A stretch of 64,000 nucleotides of DNA from an uncultured Flavobacteriales bacterium (GCA_964004705.1 CAXFOQ010000001.1:7467-71466), one strand, 5' to 3'. Shown: positions 32,699 to 42,834, numbered from the stretch's first letter. A program made the numbers and translations. The notes: generated from the letters alone by a model not told the origin.

Positions 32699-33859
32699 AT
32701 GAAAGTATCTAAGATTATTATTTTTTCGCTAGTTTTTTTATTAAATATTAGCGCATACGCTCAAAAAAGTAATGTAAACACTGCATCAAAAGCTTTAAAA
32801 AATGGAAATATTGAAGAAGCAATAAAATATATTGAGCTTGCTGCTGCTAATAGTAAAACAGTCAATGAACCTAGAATGCTAAATAATCGAGGCAAAATCT
32901 ATTATGAAATTTATTCTAATGCTGATTATAAAGCTATGGATCCAATGGCAATTATTAAATGTGCTGAAAGTTGGATTGCTCTATATCAAAATCCAAAAGC
33001 AAAAAAATGGTTTGATGATAACGAACTAAGTAGAAATATTGCAAAAGCGGGTGTTGGATTATTTAATTCTGGAATAAACATGTATAATTCTAAAGATTAT
33101 TCATCTTCAAAAAAAATGTTTAACAAGATTTTTGATTTATTTCCTCTTGATGAAAAAAACGAACTTGAAAGGAGTAATGTAACAAAAGAGAGTGTTTGGT
33201 TAAATTTATTCTATGTATCATCAGCTGAAGAAAATAATAATATATCTAAAGAGTTTTTACAAAAGCTCATTGATGTTAACTATCAAGACCCACAGATATA
33301 CTATTATATGGCTAATATTTTACTAGAAGAAAATGATAGTGATGGAGCTTTAAGAATAATCAAATATGGACGTGAATTTTTCGAATCAGATGTTAATTTA
33401 ATTATTGCTGAATTAAATTATTATTTGGCTCAAAGTGATTTTACTAATGCTGAAAAACTACTAAAATTAGCAGTTGAAGAAGACCCAAATAATCATAATT
33501 TATTTTTCGCATTGGGCAGTAGTTACGATGAGTTGAACGATTTTGAAAAAGCAGAAAATGCTTATTTAGAAGCTATTGATATAAAGCCAGATTTTTATGA
33601 TGCACTTTACAATTTAGGTGTTATGTACTATAATAAAGGCGGTGATATGCTAAAAGATGCAAATAATATTAAAGACTTTAAAAAATATGATAAAGCAAAA
33701 AATAAAGCAAATGATATGATGTTACAAGGATTACCATTTGTCGAGAAGTGTCATAAAATAGATCCTAATGATAAAAACATTTTATTAGTATTAAAAGAAT
33801 TATATTACAGAAATGGTAACGATTCCAAGTACAATGAAATCACAAAAAAATTAAAATAG
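32699..33859 (+). CDS. TPR-repeat protein with signal peptide
   Basis: Signal peptide ending AYAQ and TPR-like A..Y/ALYNLG repeats. Starts immediately after the M16 peptidase stop. Confidence 0.7.
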   Translation: MKVSKIIIFSLVFLLNISAYAQKSNVNTASKALKNGNIEEAIKYIELAAANSKTVNEPRMLNNRGKIYYEIYSNADYKAMDPMAIIKCAESWIALYQNPKAKKWFDDNELSRNIAKAGVGLFNSGINMYNSKDYSSSKKMFNKIFDLFPLDEKNELERSNVTKESVWLNLFYVSSAEENNNISKEFLQKLIDVNYQDPQIYYYMANILLEENDSDGALRIIKYGREFFESDVNLIIAELNYYLAQSDFTNAEKLLKLAVEEDPNNHNLFFALGSSYDELNDFEKAENAYLEAIDIKPDFYDALYNLGVMYYNKGGDMLKDANNIKDFKKYDKAKNKANDMMLQGLPFVEKCHKIDPNDKNILLVLKELYYRNGNDSKYNEITKKLK

Positions 33860-33887
33860 TTTTTATTAATTCCAAAAATATCTATTG

Positions 33888-36425
33888 ATGATAACATACA
33901 TTTTAAAAAAGACTTTAATTGTATTATTTCTTTTCCTTTACTTTAGTAATTATGCTCAAAGATCTCACCCAATACAAAAAATAAGTAAAGTTAAAAAAGC
34001 TGAAAAAAAAGAAATTATTGATGATATAAAATTAAAAACAAAATCTTGTTTAAAATATGATGGTCTTTTCACATTTTATCAAAGCAAAAAAGATGGAAAG
34101 TCATTTATTGAAATAGACACATCACACATTGGTAAAGAATTCATTTATTTTAGTTACTTCGAAAATGGTGTTATTGATGCGGGAGCTGTTAAAGGAAGAT
34201 ACAGAGGTTCTAAAATTATTAAAATTGACAAATTTTTTGATAAGATTGATTTTACTGTAGAAAATACAAAATATTATTTTGATAAAGATAATCCACTTAG
34301 TAAATCCTCTAAATCAAATATAAACACACCCATAATAATTTCAGAAAAAATTATCTCAACAAGTCCTTGCAAGACTAAATTTTTAATTAGTGCAGATAAT
34401 ATTTTTTTAAATGAATCATTTCAACAAGTTAAATACTCTTATAATCCAAGATACAAAGGATTCAAATTAGGTAACATTAGTAAACAAAAAACAAGATTTC
34501 AAGAAATTAGAAATTATCCAGAAAATACTGATGTAATTGTAAATTACGTTTATGAAAGTAAGTACCCATCAAGCAGAGGTGGTAATGCAATTACAGATTC
34601 GCGTTCAGTTTCAGTATTAGTACAACATAGTTTAATTAAAATGCCAGATACTAATTATACCCCAAGGCTTGACGATACTCGAGTTGGTTTTTTTACAACC
34701 CAATCCAACAACATGACTACTATTGATCAAGTAAATTATCGAGATTTCATTAACAGATGGAGATTAGAGAAAAAAAATCCAAATGAATACTTATCAGAAC
34801 CAATTAAACCTATAATTTTTTGGATTGAAAATACAACACCTATTGAACTAAGAAAAATAATAAAGGATGGAGTAGAATCATGGAATATTGCATTTGAAAA
34901 AGCTGGCTTTAAAAATGCAATTCAAGTAAAAGTTCAACCTGATACAGCGGATTGGGACGCTGGAGATATCAGGTATAATGTTTTGAGGTGGACCTCATCT
35001 CCTAATCCACCATGGGGTGGGTATGGTCCGTCTTTTGTTAACCCAAGGACGGGTGAAATACTCGGGGCAGACATTATGCTTGAATGGACCTATATAACAA
35101 ATAGAATTGTTGCAAATGATTTATTTGTGGAGACAGAAAATTATCAACATCACAACAATCATAATAATTGCTATGCTGCTAAATATCAGCAAATTGAAAA
35201 TTATTTTGGAAAAAATTATATAAAATCATTCAATCTCTCATCAGAACTTGAGAAAAAATTAGTTAAGCAGTCATTAAAAAGATTAGTTTTACATGAAGTT
35301 GGACATACACTTGGTTTAAGTCACAACTTTAAAGGTTCATTACTTCTAACTAATGATGAGCTAAATAATAAAAGTATAGTTGAAGAAAAGGGCATATGCT
35401 CATCTGTAATGGAGTATCCTGCAATCAATATAGCTGCAGACTCCGCAAATCAAGGATTATTTTTTGATGTGAAACCTGGAGTATATGATATTTGGGCAAT
35501 TGAGTTCGGATATTCAAGTTATCAAACAAAAGAAAAGGAAAAAGAATTAATTTCAAAAATACTTTCAAGATCAATAGAAAAAGAACTTGCTTTTGCCAAT
35601 GATGCATTTGATATGAGATCACCAGGAAAAGGAACAGATCCTGACGCTATGATTTATGATTTGTCTAGCGATCCTATTCAACATTCTGTTGATAAAATAT
35701 ATATGATTTTAAAAATTGCTAAAAATTTAAAAGAAAACTACACTAAAAGTAACGATACATATGAAGAATTGTATCGTTCTTACAGAACATTATTATTCTC
35801 ATATTATCAGTCTCTTAATATAATTTCTAGAAGAATAGGGGGGGTAAAAGTAGATTTATCTCATACAAATCAAAATTCAAATAAAAAACCTTTTGAAACT
35901 GTAGATCCCTCCATACAAAAAGAAGCTTTAAATATTATTTCTAAATATGGCTTTAGTAATAAATTTTTATTAGAGCCAGATTTAATTCCATTTCTACAGA
36001 AACAACGTAGAGGATTTACTATTTCAGATGATCCTGGAATACATGAACTTGTTTTACGCTATCAAAATAGGTTATTAGATCATCTTTTAAATGCAAAAGT
36101 TCTTAAACGAATAACTAATTCAACTTTATATGGAAATAATTATAATATTTCTAGCTATATGTTTGATCTCAAAAATTATATTTTTGATAATGGTGATTCA
36201 TACAATATATCAACATTAAAACAAAATCTTCAAATTTCATTTGTAAATAGACTTTTACGCATTGTTGATGATAAATCAAATTTTGATAATATTTCTAAAG
36301 CCTCAGCATACAATAATTTAGAATGGCTGTTAAATAATATTAATTCTATTTCTGGAAATATTTCTACTAGACAACACAATAAGTATATTAAATACATCAT
36401 TAATACTCAGTTAAAGAGGAAATAA
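33888..36425 (+). CDS. Secreted zinc-dependent metalloprotease (metzincin-like HExxHxxGxxH)
   Basis: Signal peptide and catalytic motif HEVGHTLGLSHNF; about 845 aa, as in the large Bacteroidota zinc-dependent metalloprotease family. I prefer the ATG at 33888 over the TTG at 33885. Confidence 0.8.
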   Translation: MITYILKKTLIVLFLFLYFSNYAQRSHPIQKISKVKKAEKKEIIDDIKLKTKSCLKYDGLFTFYQSKKDGKSFIEIDTSHIGKEFIYFSYFENGVIDAGAVKGRYRGSKIIKIDKFFDKIDFTVENTKYYFDKDNPLSKSSKSNINTPIIISEKIISTSPCKTKFLISADNIFLNESFQQVKYSYNPRYKGFKLGNISKQKTRFQEIRNYPENTDVIVNYVYESKYPSSRGGNAITDSRSVSVLVQHSLIKMPDTNYTPRLDDTRVGFFTTQSNNMTTIDQVNYRDFINRWRLEKKNPNEYLSEPIKPIIFWIENTTPIELRKIIKDGVESWNIAFEKAGFKNAIQVKVQPDTADWDAGDIRYNVLRWTSSPNPPWGGYGPSFVNPRTGEILGADIMLEWTYITNRIVANDLFVETENYQHHNNHNNCYAAKYQQIENYFGKNYIKSFNLSSELEKKLVKQSLKRLVLHEVGHTLGLSHNFKGSLLLTNDELNNKSIVEEKGICSSVMEYPAINIAADSANQGLFFDVKPGVYDIWAIEFGYSSYQTKEKEKELISKILSRSIEKELAFANDAFDMRSPGKGTDPDAMIYDLSSDPIQHSVDKIYMILKIAKNLKENYTKSNDTYEELYRSYRTLLFSYYQSLNIISRRIGGVKVDLSHTNQNSNKKPFETVDPSIQKEALNIISKYGFSNKFLLEPDLIPFLQKQRRGFTISDDPGIHELVLRYQNRLLDHLLNAKVLKRITNSTLYGNNYNISSYMFDLKNYIFDNGDSYNISTLKQNLQISFVNRLLRIVDDKSNFDNISKASAYNNLEWLLNNINSISGNISTRQHNKYIKYIINTQLKRK

Positions 36426-36539
36426 GTTTTACTTTTTCATGGTGAGTTACTTTTTGTTATTACTTAACATAATATTAATTATCGTTCATTATATATTGAT
36501 TATTAGAAAAGAACGCATGATTGCTATTAAATTTTTCAT

Positions 36540-38414
36540 TTACATCAATTCGTCTAGTTCTAACCAGCGCATTGTCTTGTCATCTAATTCTTGTATTATT
36601 TCTGCTAATTTTTCACTTTTTTCATTGATATCTAGAAATGACAAACCATCTTTAATTAAATCTTCCTCTAATTCTTTTTTAGTCGTTTCTAAGTTCTCAA
36701 TATCTTTTTCTAATTGTTCGTATTCGTATTTATCTTTGTAACTAACTTTATTAGAACCTTTAGATTTTGTTTTTTGTTTGTTTTCTACACAAGAATTTGT
36801 CTTTTTATTTTTTTCTTGTTCTACTTGTTTTTCTCTGTATTCTGAATAACTGCAGTACTCGTTTTTTATAATGCCATCACCTTCAAAAACAAAAAGATGA
36901 TCGGTGAGTTTATCCATAAAATACCTATCGTGCGACACTATTATCAAGCAACCAGAAAATTGTAATAAAAACTCTTCTAATTTATTAAGAGTTAACAAAT
37001 CTAAATCGTTGGTTGGCTCATCGAGAATTAAAAAGTTAGGATTTTTCATCAATACCATTAATAAATAAAGTCTTCTTTTTTCTCCACCACTTAGTTTTGA
37101 AACAAAAGTATATTGTGTTTTAGGAGGAAACATAAAATGTGTTAACATTTGTGATGCTGTTACTTTTTTACCATTAGCCATTACAATTACTTCTGCAATG
37201 TCTTTTAGTGAATCAACAACTCTTTTATCTTCTTTTAATTGTATTCCCTTTTGAGAGAAATAACCATAAACAATAGTTTCTCCAACATTTACTTTACCAC
37301 TATCAGCTATTTCATTTTGAGTAAGTATATCTAAAAAAGTGGACTTCCCCACACCATTTTTACCAACTATTCCTATACGTTCTCCCTTTTTGAAAGTATA
37401 GTCAAAGCCATTGAGTATTTTTATATCACCATAACTTTTGTAGACTTTCTTTAGTTCAAGTATTTTACCCCCTATCCTACTCATTTTTATTTCTAGTTTA
37501 AGCTCATGCTTAACTTTAATTTTAGAGGCTTTTTCTTTTATATTATTGAAGTTATCTATTCTTGACTTGGATTTGGTAGTACGTGCTTTTGGAGAGCGTC
37601 TCATCCACTCTAATTCTTTTTTCAACAACTTGCCAGTCTTTGACAAATTAGTGTGGTATATAGCTTCTCTTTCGGCTCTTTTTTCAAGAAAATAGGCGTA
37701 GTTACCATTGTGATGATACAATCTACTATTTTCTAGTTCTAAAATATGATTACAAACTCTATCTAAAAAATACCTGTCATGAGTTACCATGAGCAATGTA
37801 ATTTTTTGCTGTTGTAAAAACTTCTCTAACCATTCAATCATTTCTACATCTAAATGGTTTGTAGGCTCATCAAGTAAAAGTAAATCAGGTTCGTTGAGTA
37901 GTAGTAAGGCTAAGGATAAGCGTTTCTTTTCCCCTCCTGATAAATCACTAACTTTTTGTGTTAAATCACTAATATTAAATCTAAATAATATTTGTTTGAT
38001 ACGACGTTCATAATCCCAAGCATTTGCCTTGTCCATTTTATCAGTTAAATCTTCTAAAGTTTTACTGTTCAGAGAGTTATTACTAATTTCAATTTGTTTT
38101 AAGACTCTTTGATATTCCTTTATTAACAAGCTAATATCAGTTTGGTTTTCGGTAATTAATTCCTCAATAGTATGATTAGCATCAAAATTGGGTTCTTGAG
38201 CAAGGTAAGCGACTTTTATTCCTTTCCTCAGCGTTACAGTACCTTTATCTGAAATATTTTGACCAGCTATAATCTTGAGAATACTCGATTTTCCAGTACC
38301 ATTATTGGCTATTAAAGCCATTTTATCTCCTTGGTTTAATCCAAATGTCAAACCTTCAAATAAGATGCGTTCACCGTAGTTTTTACTTAAATTTTCAACA
38401 GATAAATAGTTCAT
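36540..38414 (-). CDS. ABC-F ATPase (Uup/YheS-like) with C-terminal coiled-coil extension
   Basis: Two ABC cassettes (GTGKSS / GKNGVGKST Walker A; LSGGEKKR / LSGGEKRR signatures). I prefer the start at [11 protein letters not shown] (38414), since the upstream 13 codons of the ORF overlap the out-of-frame gene relic. Confidence 0.9.
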   Translation of the reverse strand: MNYLSVENLSKNYGERILFEGLTFGLNQGDKMALIANNGTGKSSILKIIAGQNISDKGTVTLRKGIKVAYLAQEPNFDANHTIEELITENQTDISLLIKEYQRVLKQIEISNNSLNSKTLEDLTDKMDKANAWDYERRIKQILFRFNISDLTQKVSDLSGGEKKRLSLALLLLNEPDLLLLDEPTNHLDVEMIEWLEKFLQQQKITLLMVTHDRYFLDRVCNHILELENSRLYHHNGNYAYFLEKRAEREAIYHTNLSKTGKLLKKELEWMRRSPKARTTKSKSRIDNFNNIKEKASKIKVKHELKLEIKMSRIGGKILELKKVYKSYGDIKILNGFDYTFKKGERIGIVGKNGVGKSTFLDILTQNEIADSGKVNVGETIVYGYFSQKGIQLKEDKRVVDSLKDIAEVIVMANGKKVTASQMLTHFMFPPKTQYTFVSKLSGGEKRRLYLLMVLMKNPNFLILDEPTNDLDLLTLNKLEEFLLQFSGCLIIVSHDRYFMDKLTDHLFVFEGDGIIKNEYCSYSEYREKQVEQEKNKKTNSCVENKQKTKSKGSNKVSYKDKYEYEQLEKDIENLETTKKELEEDLIKDGLSFLDINEKSEKLAEIIQELDDKTMRWLELDELM

Positions 38415-38542
38415 ATTACACTGTTTTTTCCAGCAAGATATCCAGTAGTCCAAGCTGATTGAAAATTAAATCCGCCATTAACACCATCTATATCCAATAT
38501 TTCTCCACAAAAATATAGACCTTTATGAGTCTTACTTTCCAT
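38411..38542 (-). pseudogene. C-terminal relic (43 codons) of an HI0933/BaiN-family NAD(P)/FAD-dependent flavoprotein gene
   Basis: My translation of the minus strand gives [43 protein letters not shown]. This matches the conserved C-terminal ..TMESK..GLYF.GE.LD.DG.TGG.NFQ.A...G motif of the HI0933-like family. An in-frame TAG lies 6 codons upstream of the ATG, overlapping the last codons of the helicase gene, and the relic's TGA overlaps the ABC-F ATG (ATGA). Confidence 0.7.
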
Positions 38543-38547
38543 AGTAT

Positions 38548-40254
38548 TTATTTTGAATCTCTATTAACTCTAAGTTCTCTACCGTCAATGTAAATACCTT
38601 TAAAGCTGTTGGCTAGATTTTTAGAATGGCGACTATCTACCTCAAAAAAGCTACATTTTTTTTGTAAGTCAATATCGCCAACATCTGATTTACGAATTTT
38701 TGCTGTTTCCGAAATAAAATCTACTAAATCAGATTTACTTACTCCATCTAATTTACCTACATTAATAAAGAATCTAGTACCTTTCTTATTTGATTTTTTA
38801 CACTTTTTATCAGCTTTGTCATTTATTTTGAAATCTGACTTGGAGCGGTCTCTTTTAACTGATTTTCTGTTACGCCCTTTACTTCTTCTGTCAGAATATC
38901 CTCTAGATGAACGCTTTGAAGCTTTTTCACTTTCATTTAAATCTTTACCCTTTTTATTGTAGTTTAAAGAATCGATTTCTTTAGAAACTAATTTTTCTAC
39001 AAGTTCTTCATAACTTAAAGAGCCCAAAAGCATTTGAATATCAGTTAATAATTTACCGTTTAAATCTTTTCTAATAGGTGAGTTTAAAAGATTGCTTGCC
39101 CATTTACTGAGGCGTATGTTAAGTATGTCTTCAACGCTTGGGATACTTATTTTATCAATTTTCAATTTAAGAGCTTTTTCAAGTCCATCTAATTTTCTCA
39201 TATCCCTGTTGGTAAGGATAGATAATGAAATCCCTTTCTTACCTGCTCTAGCTGTACGACCACTTCTGTGTGTATAATAGGATGGATCGTCAGGAAGAGC
39301 ATAATGTATAACATGTGTTAAATCATTGACATCTATTCCCCTTGCAGCGACATCAGTTGCAACCAATACTTGTAATGTATGGTTTTTAAATCGCTTCATA
39401 ACTCTATCTCTTTGGGCTTGGGATAAATCACCGTGAAGTGCTTCTGATTGGTATCCACTCTTATTTAAGTCATCTGCAAGTTGTTGGGTTTTAATCCTCG
39501 TACGACAAAATATAATACCTCTAAATTCTTCTTCCACGTCTAGAACTCTTTTAAGTCCTTCAAATTTATCCGATGATTTGACAATAGTATATTGGTGTTC
39601 TATATTTTCGTTCAACTGATTTCCATTAGAAACTTTAACTTCAACGGGCTTTGACATGTAGCTTTTAACAATATTTTTAATTTCTTTTGGCATAGTCGCT
39701 GAAAACAACCAAGTGTTTTTAGCATCACCAGTATATGAAAGAATATCATCTAAATCCTCTTTGAAGCCCATATTTAACATTTCATCGGCTTCATCTAAAA
39801 CAACAAACCTTATTGTAGATAAATCCAAAATCTTTCTTCTCATTAAATCAAGAAGTCTTCCGGGAGTAGCTATAACAATTTGTGGAGTTCTCCTATTAAT
39901 GTCCTTCATCTGAACAACTATGGAAGCACCACCATAGACAGATTGTATTCGAATGTTTGGTAAATATTTAGCAAAAATTTCTAATTGTCCTGCAATCTGT
40001 TGCCCTAATTCTCTAGTTGGAGCAAGAATCAATGCTTGAGTAGTTTTTTGCTCAGAATATATCCAATCTAATAAAGGCAAACCGAAAGCAGCAGTTTTTC
40101 CTGTACCAGTTTGTGCTAAACCTATAAAATCCTGAGGTTTTTCACTTAAAAGTGGAATAGATTGTTCTTGTATGGGAGATGGTTTTTCGAAACCTAGTTC
40201 AGGAAGAACTTGTAAAAGTGGTTTTGAAAGTCCTAATTCTGAGAAACTTTTCAA
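38548..40254 (-). CDS. DEAD-box RNA helicase (DeaD/CsdA-like) with basic linker and C-terminal DbpA-type RNA-binding domain
   Basis: Q-motif region, [12 protein letters not shown] (VLDEADEM), SAT and [10 protein letters not shown] motifs, and a Lys/Arg/Ser-rich tail. TTG start; there is no in-frame ATG upstream before a stop. Confidence 0.93.
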   Translation of the reverse strand: MKSFSELGLSKPLLQVLPELGFEKPSPIQEQSIPLLSEKPQDFIGLAQTGTGKTAAFGLPLLDWIYSEQKTTQALILAPTRELGQQIAGQLEIFAKYLPNIRIQSVYGGASIVVQMKDINRRTPQIVIATPGRLLDLMRRKILDLSTIRFVVLDEADEMLNMGFKEDLDDILSYTGDAKNTWLFSATMPKEIKNIVKSYMSKPVEVKVSNGNQLNENIEHQYTIVKSSDKFEGLKRVLDVEEEFRGIIFCRTRIKTQQLADDLNKSGYQSEALHGDLSQAQRDRVMKRFKNHTLQVLVATDVAARGIDVNDLTHVIHYALPDDPSYYTHRSGRTARAGKKGISLSILTNRDMRKLDGLEKALKLKIDKISIPSVEDILNIRLSKWASNLLNSPIRKDLNGKLLTDIQMLLGSLSYEELVEKLVSKEIDSLNYNKKGKDLNESEKASKRSSRGYSDRRSKGRNRKSVKRDRSKSDFKINDKADKKCKKSNKKGTRFFINVGKLDGVSKSDLVDFISETAKIRKSDVGDIDLQKKCSFFEVDSRHSKNLANSFKGIYIDGRELRVNRDSK

Positions 40255-40323
40255 ATTATAATAGCTTGATTAAATTTTTTTGTAAAAGTACCCTTTTTTA
40301 TCTCTAAAGAACTATAAAAGTAT

Positions 40324-40358
40324 AAAACAAAAAAAGCCTCTTCAATTGAAGAGGCTTT
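40324..40358 (-). terminator. Rho-independent terminator after the 66-aa ORF
   Basis: Minus-strand RNA: GCCUCUUC-AAUU-GAAGAGGC (40336-40355) followed by U7-G-U4. Separates the small ORF from the helicase gene. Confidence 0.8.
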
Positions 40359-40380
40359 CTAGATAGAATAATCTAAAAAA

Positions 40381-40581
40381 CTATGCTTTCTTTAAGAAAG
40401 GAAGACCAGTTTTTGGATTTTCAACTACTTTTTTACCAGCAGGAACTGCATCTAAACCAGTACTACGCTCGTCTTTTGAGAAATAATAAATAGTTTGAAC
40501 TCTTCCAGTTGATTTTAAAGTTACGTCTTTTGAGTTAAGGTAATAAGTTGTACCTTTACTGTTAGTATGCGCAAATGCCAT
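40381..40581 (-). CDS. Small hypothetical protein (66 aa) with internal T-x-YY-[LF]-x-SKD repeat
   Basis: ATG-initiated ORF with its own strong terminator. Two similar segments (TTYYLNSKD / QTIYYFSKDE) and a basic C-terminus (GLPFLKKA). I cannot assign a family. Confidence 0.6.
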   Translation of the reverse strand: MAFAHTNSKGTTYYLNSKDVTLKSTGRVQTIYYFSKDERSTGLDAVPAGKKVVENPKTGLPFLKKA

Positions 40582-41081
40582 AATTAAAGTTTTTAAATTA
40601 AAAATTTGTTTTTCATTCTGAGGTTCAATTTATAAAAAAATTAATTCTACTAGATATTTTTATATCTTTTTTAAGAAAATAATTATTGACAATTTAAAAT
40701 TTAATTTATAGACTATTTTAAAAATCTTCATTTTAGAATTTTACTAATCATTTTTTCGACTTTCTTGATTTACTAGATAAGAAAATGAATTTCAGATAAT
40801 TATTTCTGATGTAATTACCATTTTAAATTTATAATAAATTGATTATCAATGTTTTACGCTTTATAAGTGTGATTTATACAATTAGACTAAATTTTATCAA
40901 AAAAATTAAAATGAAATATTAAAAACTAAGCTAAAAATTCTTATCGAAAACTATAGCTATCAAACTAGATAAAGACTAAGAACGTACTCAAATAAAAAAG
41001 TTATCAACAGAGAAAAAACGATTTACTCCAATTATTTTAAACTAAAAATAACTCGAAAGTAGTAGTCAAGAGCTAATATAA
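40582..41081. other. 500-bp extremely AT-rich non-coding block with repeated short motifs
   Basis: No ORF longer than about 25 codons in any frame. ACTAGATA at 40649, 40772 and 40964. TTATC(A/G)A at 40843, 40894, 40941 and 41001. TTATCAACA at 41001-41009. Confidence 0.7.
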
Positions 41082-41852
41082 TTATGAACTCCTTGTGAAA
41101 ACAAATGATTTTTCAGTCGAAAAATCTTCATTAAAAACATAACCCTCGTTATTAAATGCTCTTAAATCATTTGGGTTTTTGATTTTATTCTCTAAAACGT
41201 AGCGACTCATCAAACCTCTAGCCTTTTTAGCAAAAAAACTTATGATTTTATACTGACCACTTTTCCAATCTTTAAATACAGGTGTTATAACTTTCGCTTT
41301 TAGTAATTTCATATCTATTGATTTAGAATACTCATTGGATGCAAGATTTAGTAAAAATTGTGAGTTAGTGCTTTCTAAATTATTATTTAGTTCAAAAGTA
41401 ATGTGGTTAGACCAAAAATCATAAAGTGAAGATGAATTGTTTATGCTAATTTTTGTACCCATCTCAAGTCTGTAAGCTTGAATTAAATCTAATGGTTTAA
41501 GTATGCCATACAAGCCTGATAGTATTTTAAAATGAGTTTGGGCATAATCTATAGTATTTGATGTTAATGATGTAGCATCTAAGCCTTTATATACATCTCC
41601 AGTAAAAGCAAAAATTGCTTGCTTTGCATTTTGAGGGTTAAAAGGAGTCTTATAATCTTGATATCGATTGGCATTCAAAAGCCCTAAATCTTTACTTATA
41701 TTCATCAATTTGGATAAATCTTCTGGTGAATAATCTTTCAATACATTAACTATCTTTTGACTTTCATCAAGAAATAGAGGTAAACTAAAATCAGAAATAG
41801 GAGCTTTATTATCAAAATCTAATGATTTTGCAGGAGAAATAATACTAATCAT
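41082..41852 (-). CDS. yaaA: Peroxide-stress protein YaaA (DUF328/UPF0246)
   Basis: N-terminus MISIISPAKSLDF and overall length (256 aa) typical of YaaA. Confidence 0.9.
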   Translation of the reverse strand: MISIISPAKSLDFDNKAPISDFSLPLFLDESQKIVNVLKDYSPEDLSKLMNISKDLGLLNANRYQDYKTPFNPQNAKQAIFAFTGDVYKGLDATSLTSNTIDYAQTHFKILSGLYGILKPLDLIQAYRLEMGTKISINNSSSLYDFWSNHITFELNNNLESTNSQFLLNLASNEYSKSIDMKLLKAKVITPVFKDWKSGQYKIISFFAKKARGLMSRYVLENKIKNPNDLRAFNNEGYVFNEDFSTEKSFVFTRSS

Positions 41853-41858
41853 ATATTT

Positions 41859-41866
41859 ATATTTGT
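41859..41866 (+). promoter_or_regulatory. Bacteroidota-type -7 promoter box TATATTTG
   Basis: Exact TAnnTTTG match upstream of the DMT transporter gene: 48 nt before the TTG at 41914 and 84 nt before the ATG at 41950. Confidence 0.4.
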
Positions 41867-41913
41867 TTTTTAAAATACAAACGATTTCATTTGCAGGCTA
41901 AAATTAGACAATT

Positions 41914-42807
41914 TTGAGAAACTTTACACAAAAGTATAGCTTGTTGACAATGCACCTAATAGTAATTCTTTTAGGATTGACAGGTGTTCTGGGTAAGCTT
42001 ATAGATACAGGTTCTACAGTACTAGTATGGTATCGCATGCTTATTGCTTTTTTATTTTTGGGTGTATATATATACATTAAATCAAACTCATTAAGAGTTT
42101 CAAAAAAGCATTTCATTCAAATAATTGGCATTGGTTGTATTGTTGCAGCTCATTGGTTATTATTTTTTGAAAGTATAAAAGTTTCCAATGTTTCTGTAGC
42201 TGTAGTTTGTATGGGCACCTCTTCCCTATTCTCTTCTGTTATAGAGCCACTTATCATTAAAAGAAAAATATATCTGAGGGAGATTATATTAGCTATTTTA
42301 GTACTTATTGCAATAGGAATTGCTATGAATGCTGACTTCTCATACTTGAAAGGATATGTATTTGGTATTGCTGCTGCATTCTTAGCTACTTTATTTACAA
42401 TTTTAAATGCTCTCTATGTCGATAAGGTAGAGTCCGAAAAAATTACTTCTATTGAAATGCTGGGTGGTTTTCTTTTTGTCTGTATATATATGTTATTTTC
42501 TAATTCATTTTCTTTAGCCGATTTAGTTATTAGTTGGAATGACATACTTTACCTAGTTATATTAGGAGGTATATGTACCAGCTTTGCCTTTGTAGTTAGT
42601 GTAGAAGTTATGAAGTTCTTATCTCCTTATAATGTAATAATGGCTGTCAATCTTGAGCCTGTATATAGTATATTACTAGCATTGGTATTGTTTGGTGAAT
42701 CCGAGAGTATGAATTTTTCTTTTTATCTAGGTGCAGTTTTGATTATTAGTGCAGTCAGTTTAGATGGTTATTTAAAGAAACAAGAAGATAAAAAATCTAT
42801 AAAATAG
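41914..42807 (+). CDS. DMT/EamA-family transporter
   Basis: Ten hydrophobic segments with two EamA-like halves. Start is ambiguous (TTG 41914 or ATG 41950). Confidence 0.7.
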   Translation: MRNFTQKYSLLTMHLIVILLGLTGVLGKLIDTGSTVLVWYRMLIAFLFLGVYIYIKSNSLRVSKKHFIQIIGIGCIVAAHWLLFFESIKVSNVSVAVVCMGTSSLFSSVIEPLIIKRKIYLREIILAILVLIAIGIAMNADFSYLKGYVFGIAAAFLATLFTILNALYVDKVESEKITSIEMLGGFLFVCIYMLFSNSFSLADLVISWNDILYLVILGGICTSFAFVVSVEVMKFLSPYNVIMAVNLEPVYSILLALVLFGESESMNFSFYLGAVLIISAVSLDGYLKKQEDKKSIK

Positions 42808-42834
42808 AAATTAGTAATATTCGTTATAACTCTA

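Noticed and set aside
36439-36741. 100-aa plus-strand ORF (MVSYFLLLLNIILIIVHYIL...SSSSNQ...) starting in the metalloprotease/ABC-F spacer.
   Set aside because: Two thirds of it is antisense to the conserved C-terminal coiled coil of the ABC-F gene, and the composition is low-complexity. It is most likely spurious.
38415-38453. Longer ORF-track start for the ABC-F gene ([13 protein letters not shown] upstream of MNYLSVENL).
   Set aside because: ABC-F proteins begin right at the M..L...NL.K motif. The 13 extra codons overlap, out of frame, the flavoprotein relic whose stop is coupled to the ATG at 38414.
41904-42116. 70-aa minus-strand ORF overlapping the start of the DMT transporter gene.
   Set aside because: It is antisense to a gene with clear multi-TM EamA architecture, and the promoter-like box at 41859 faces the plus-strand gene.
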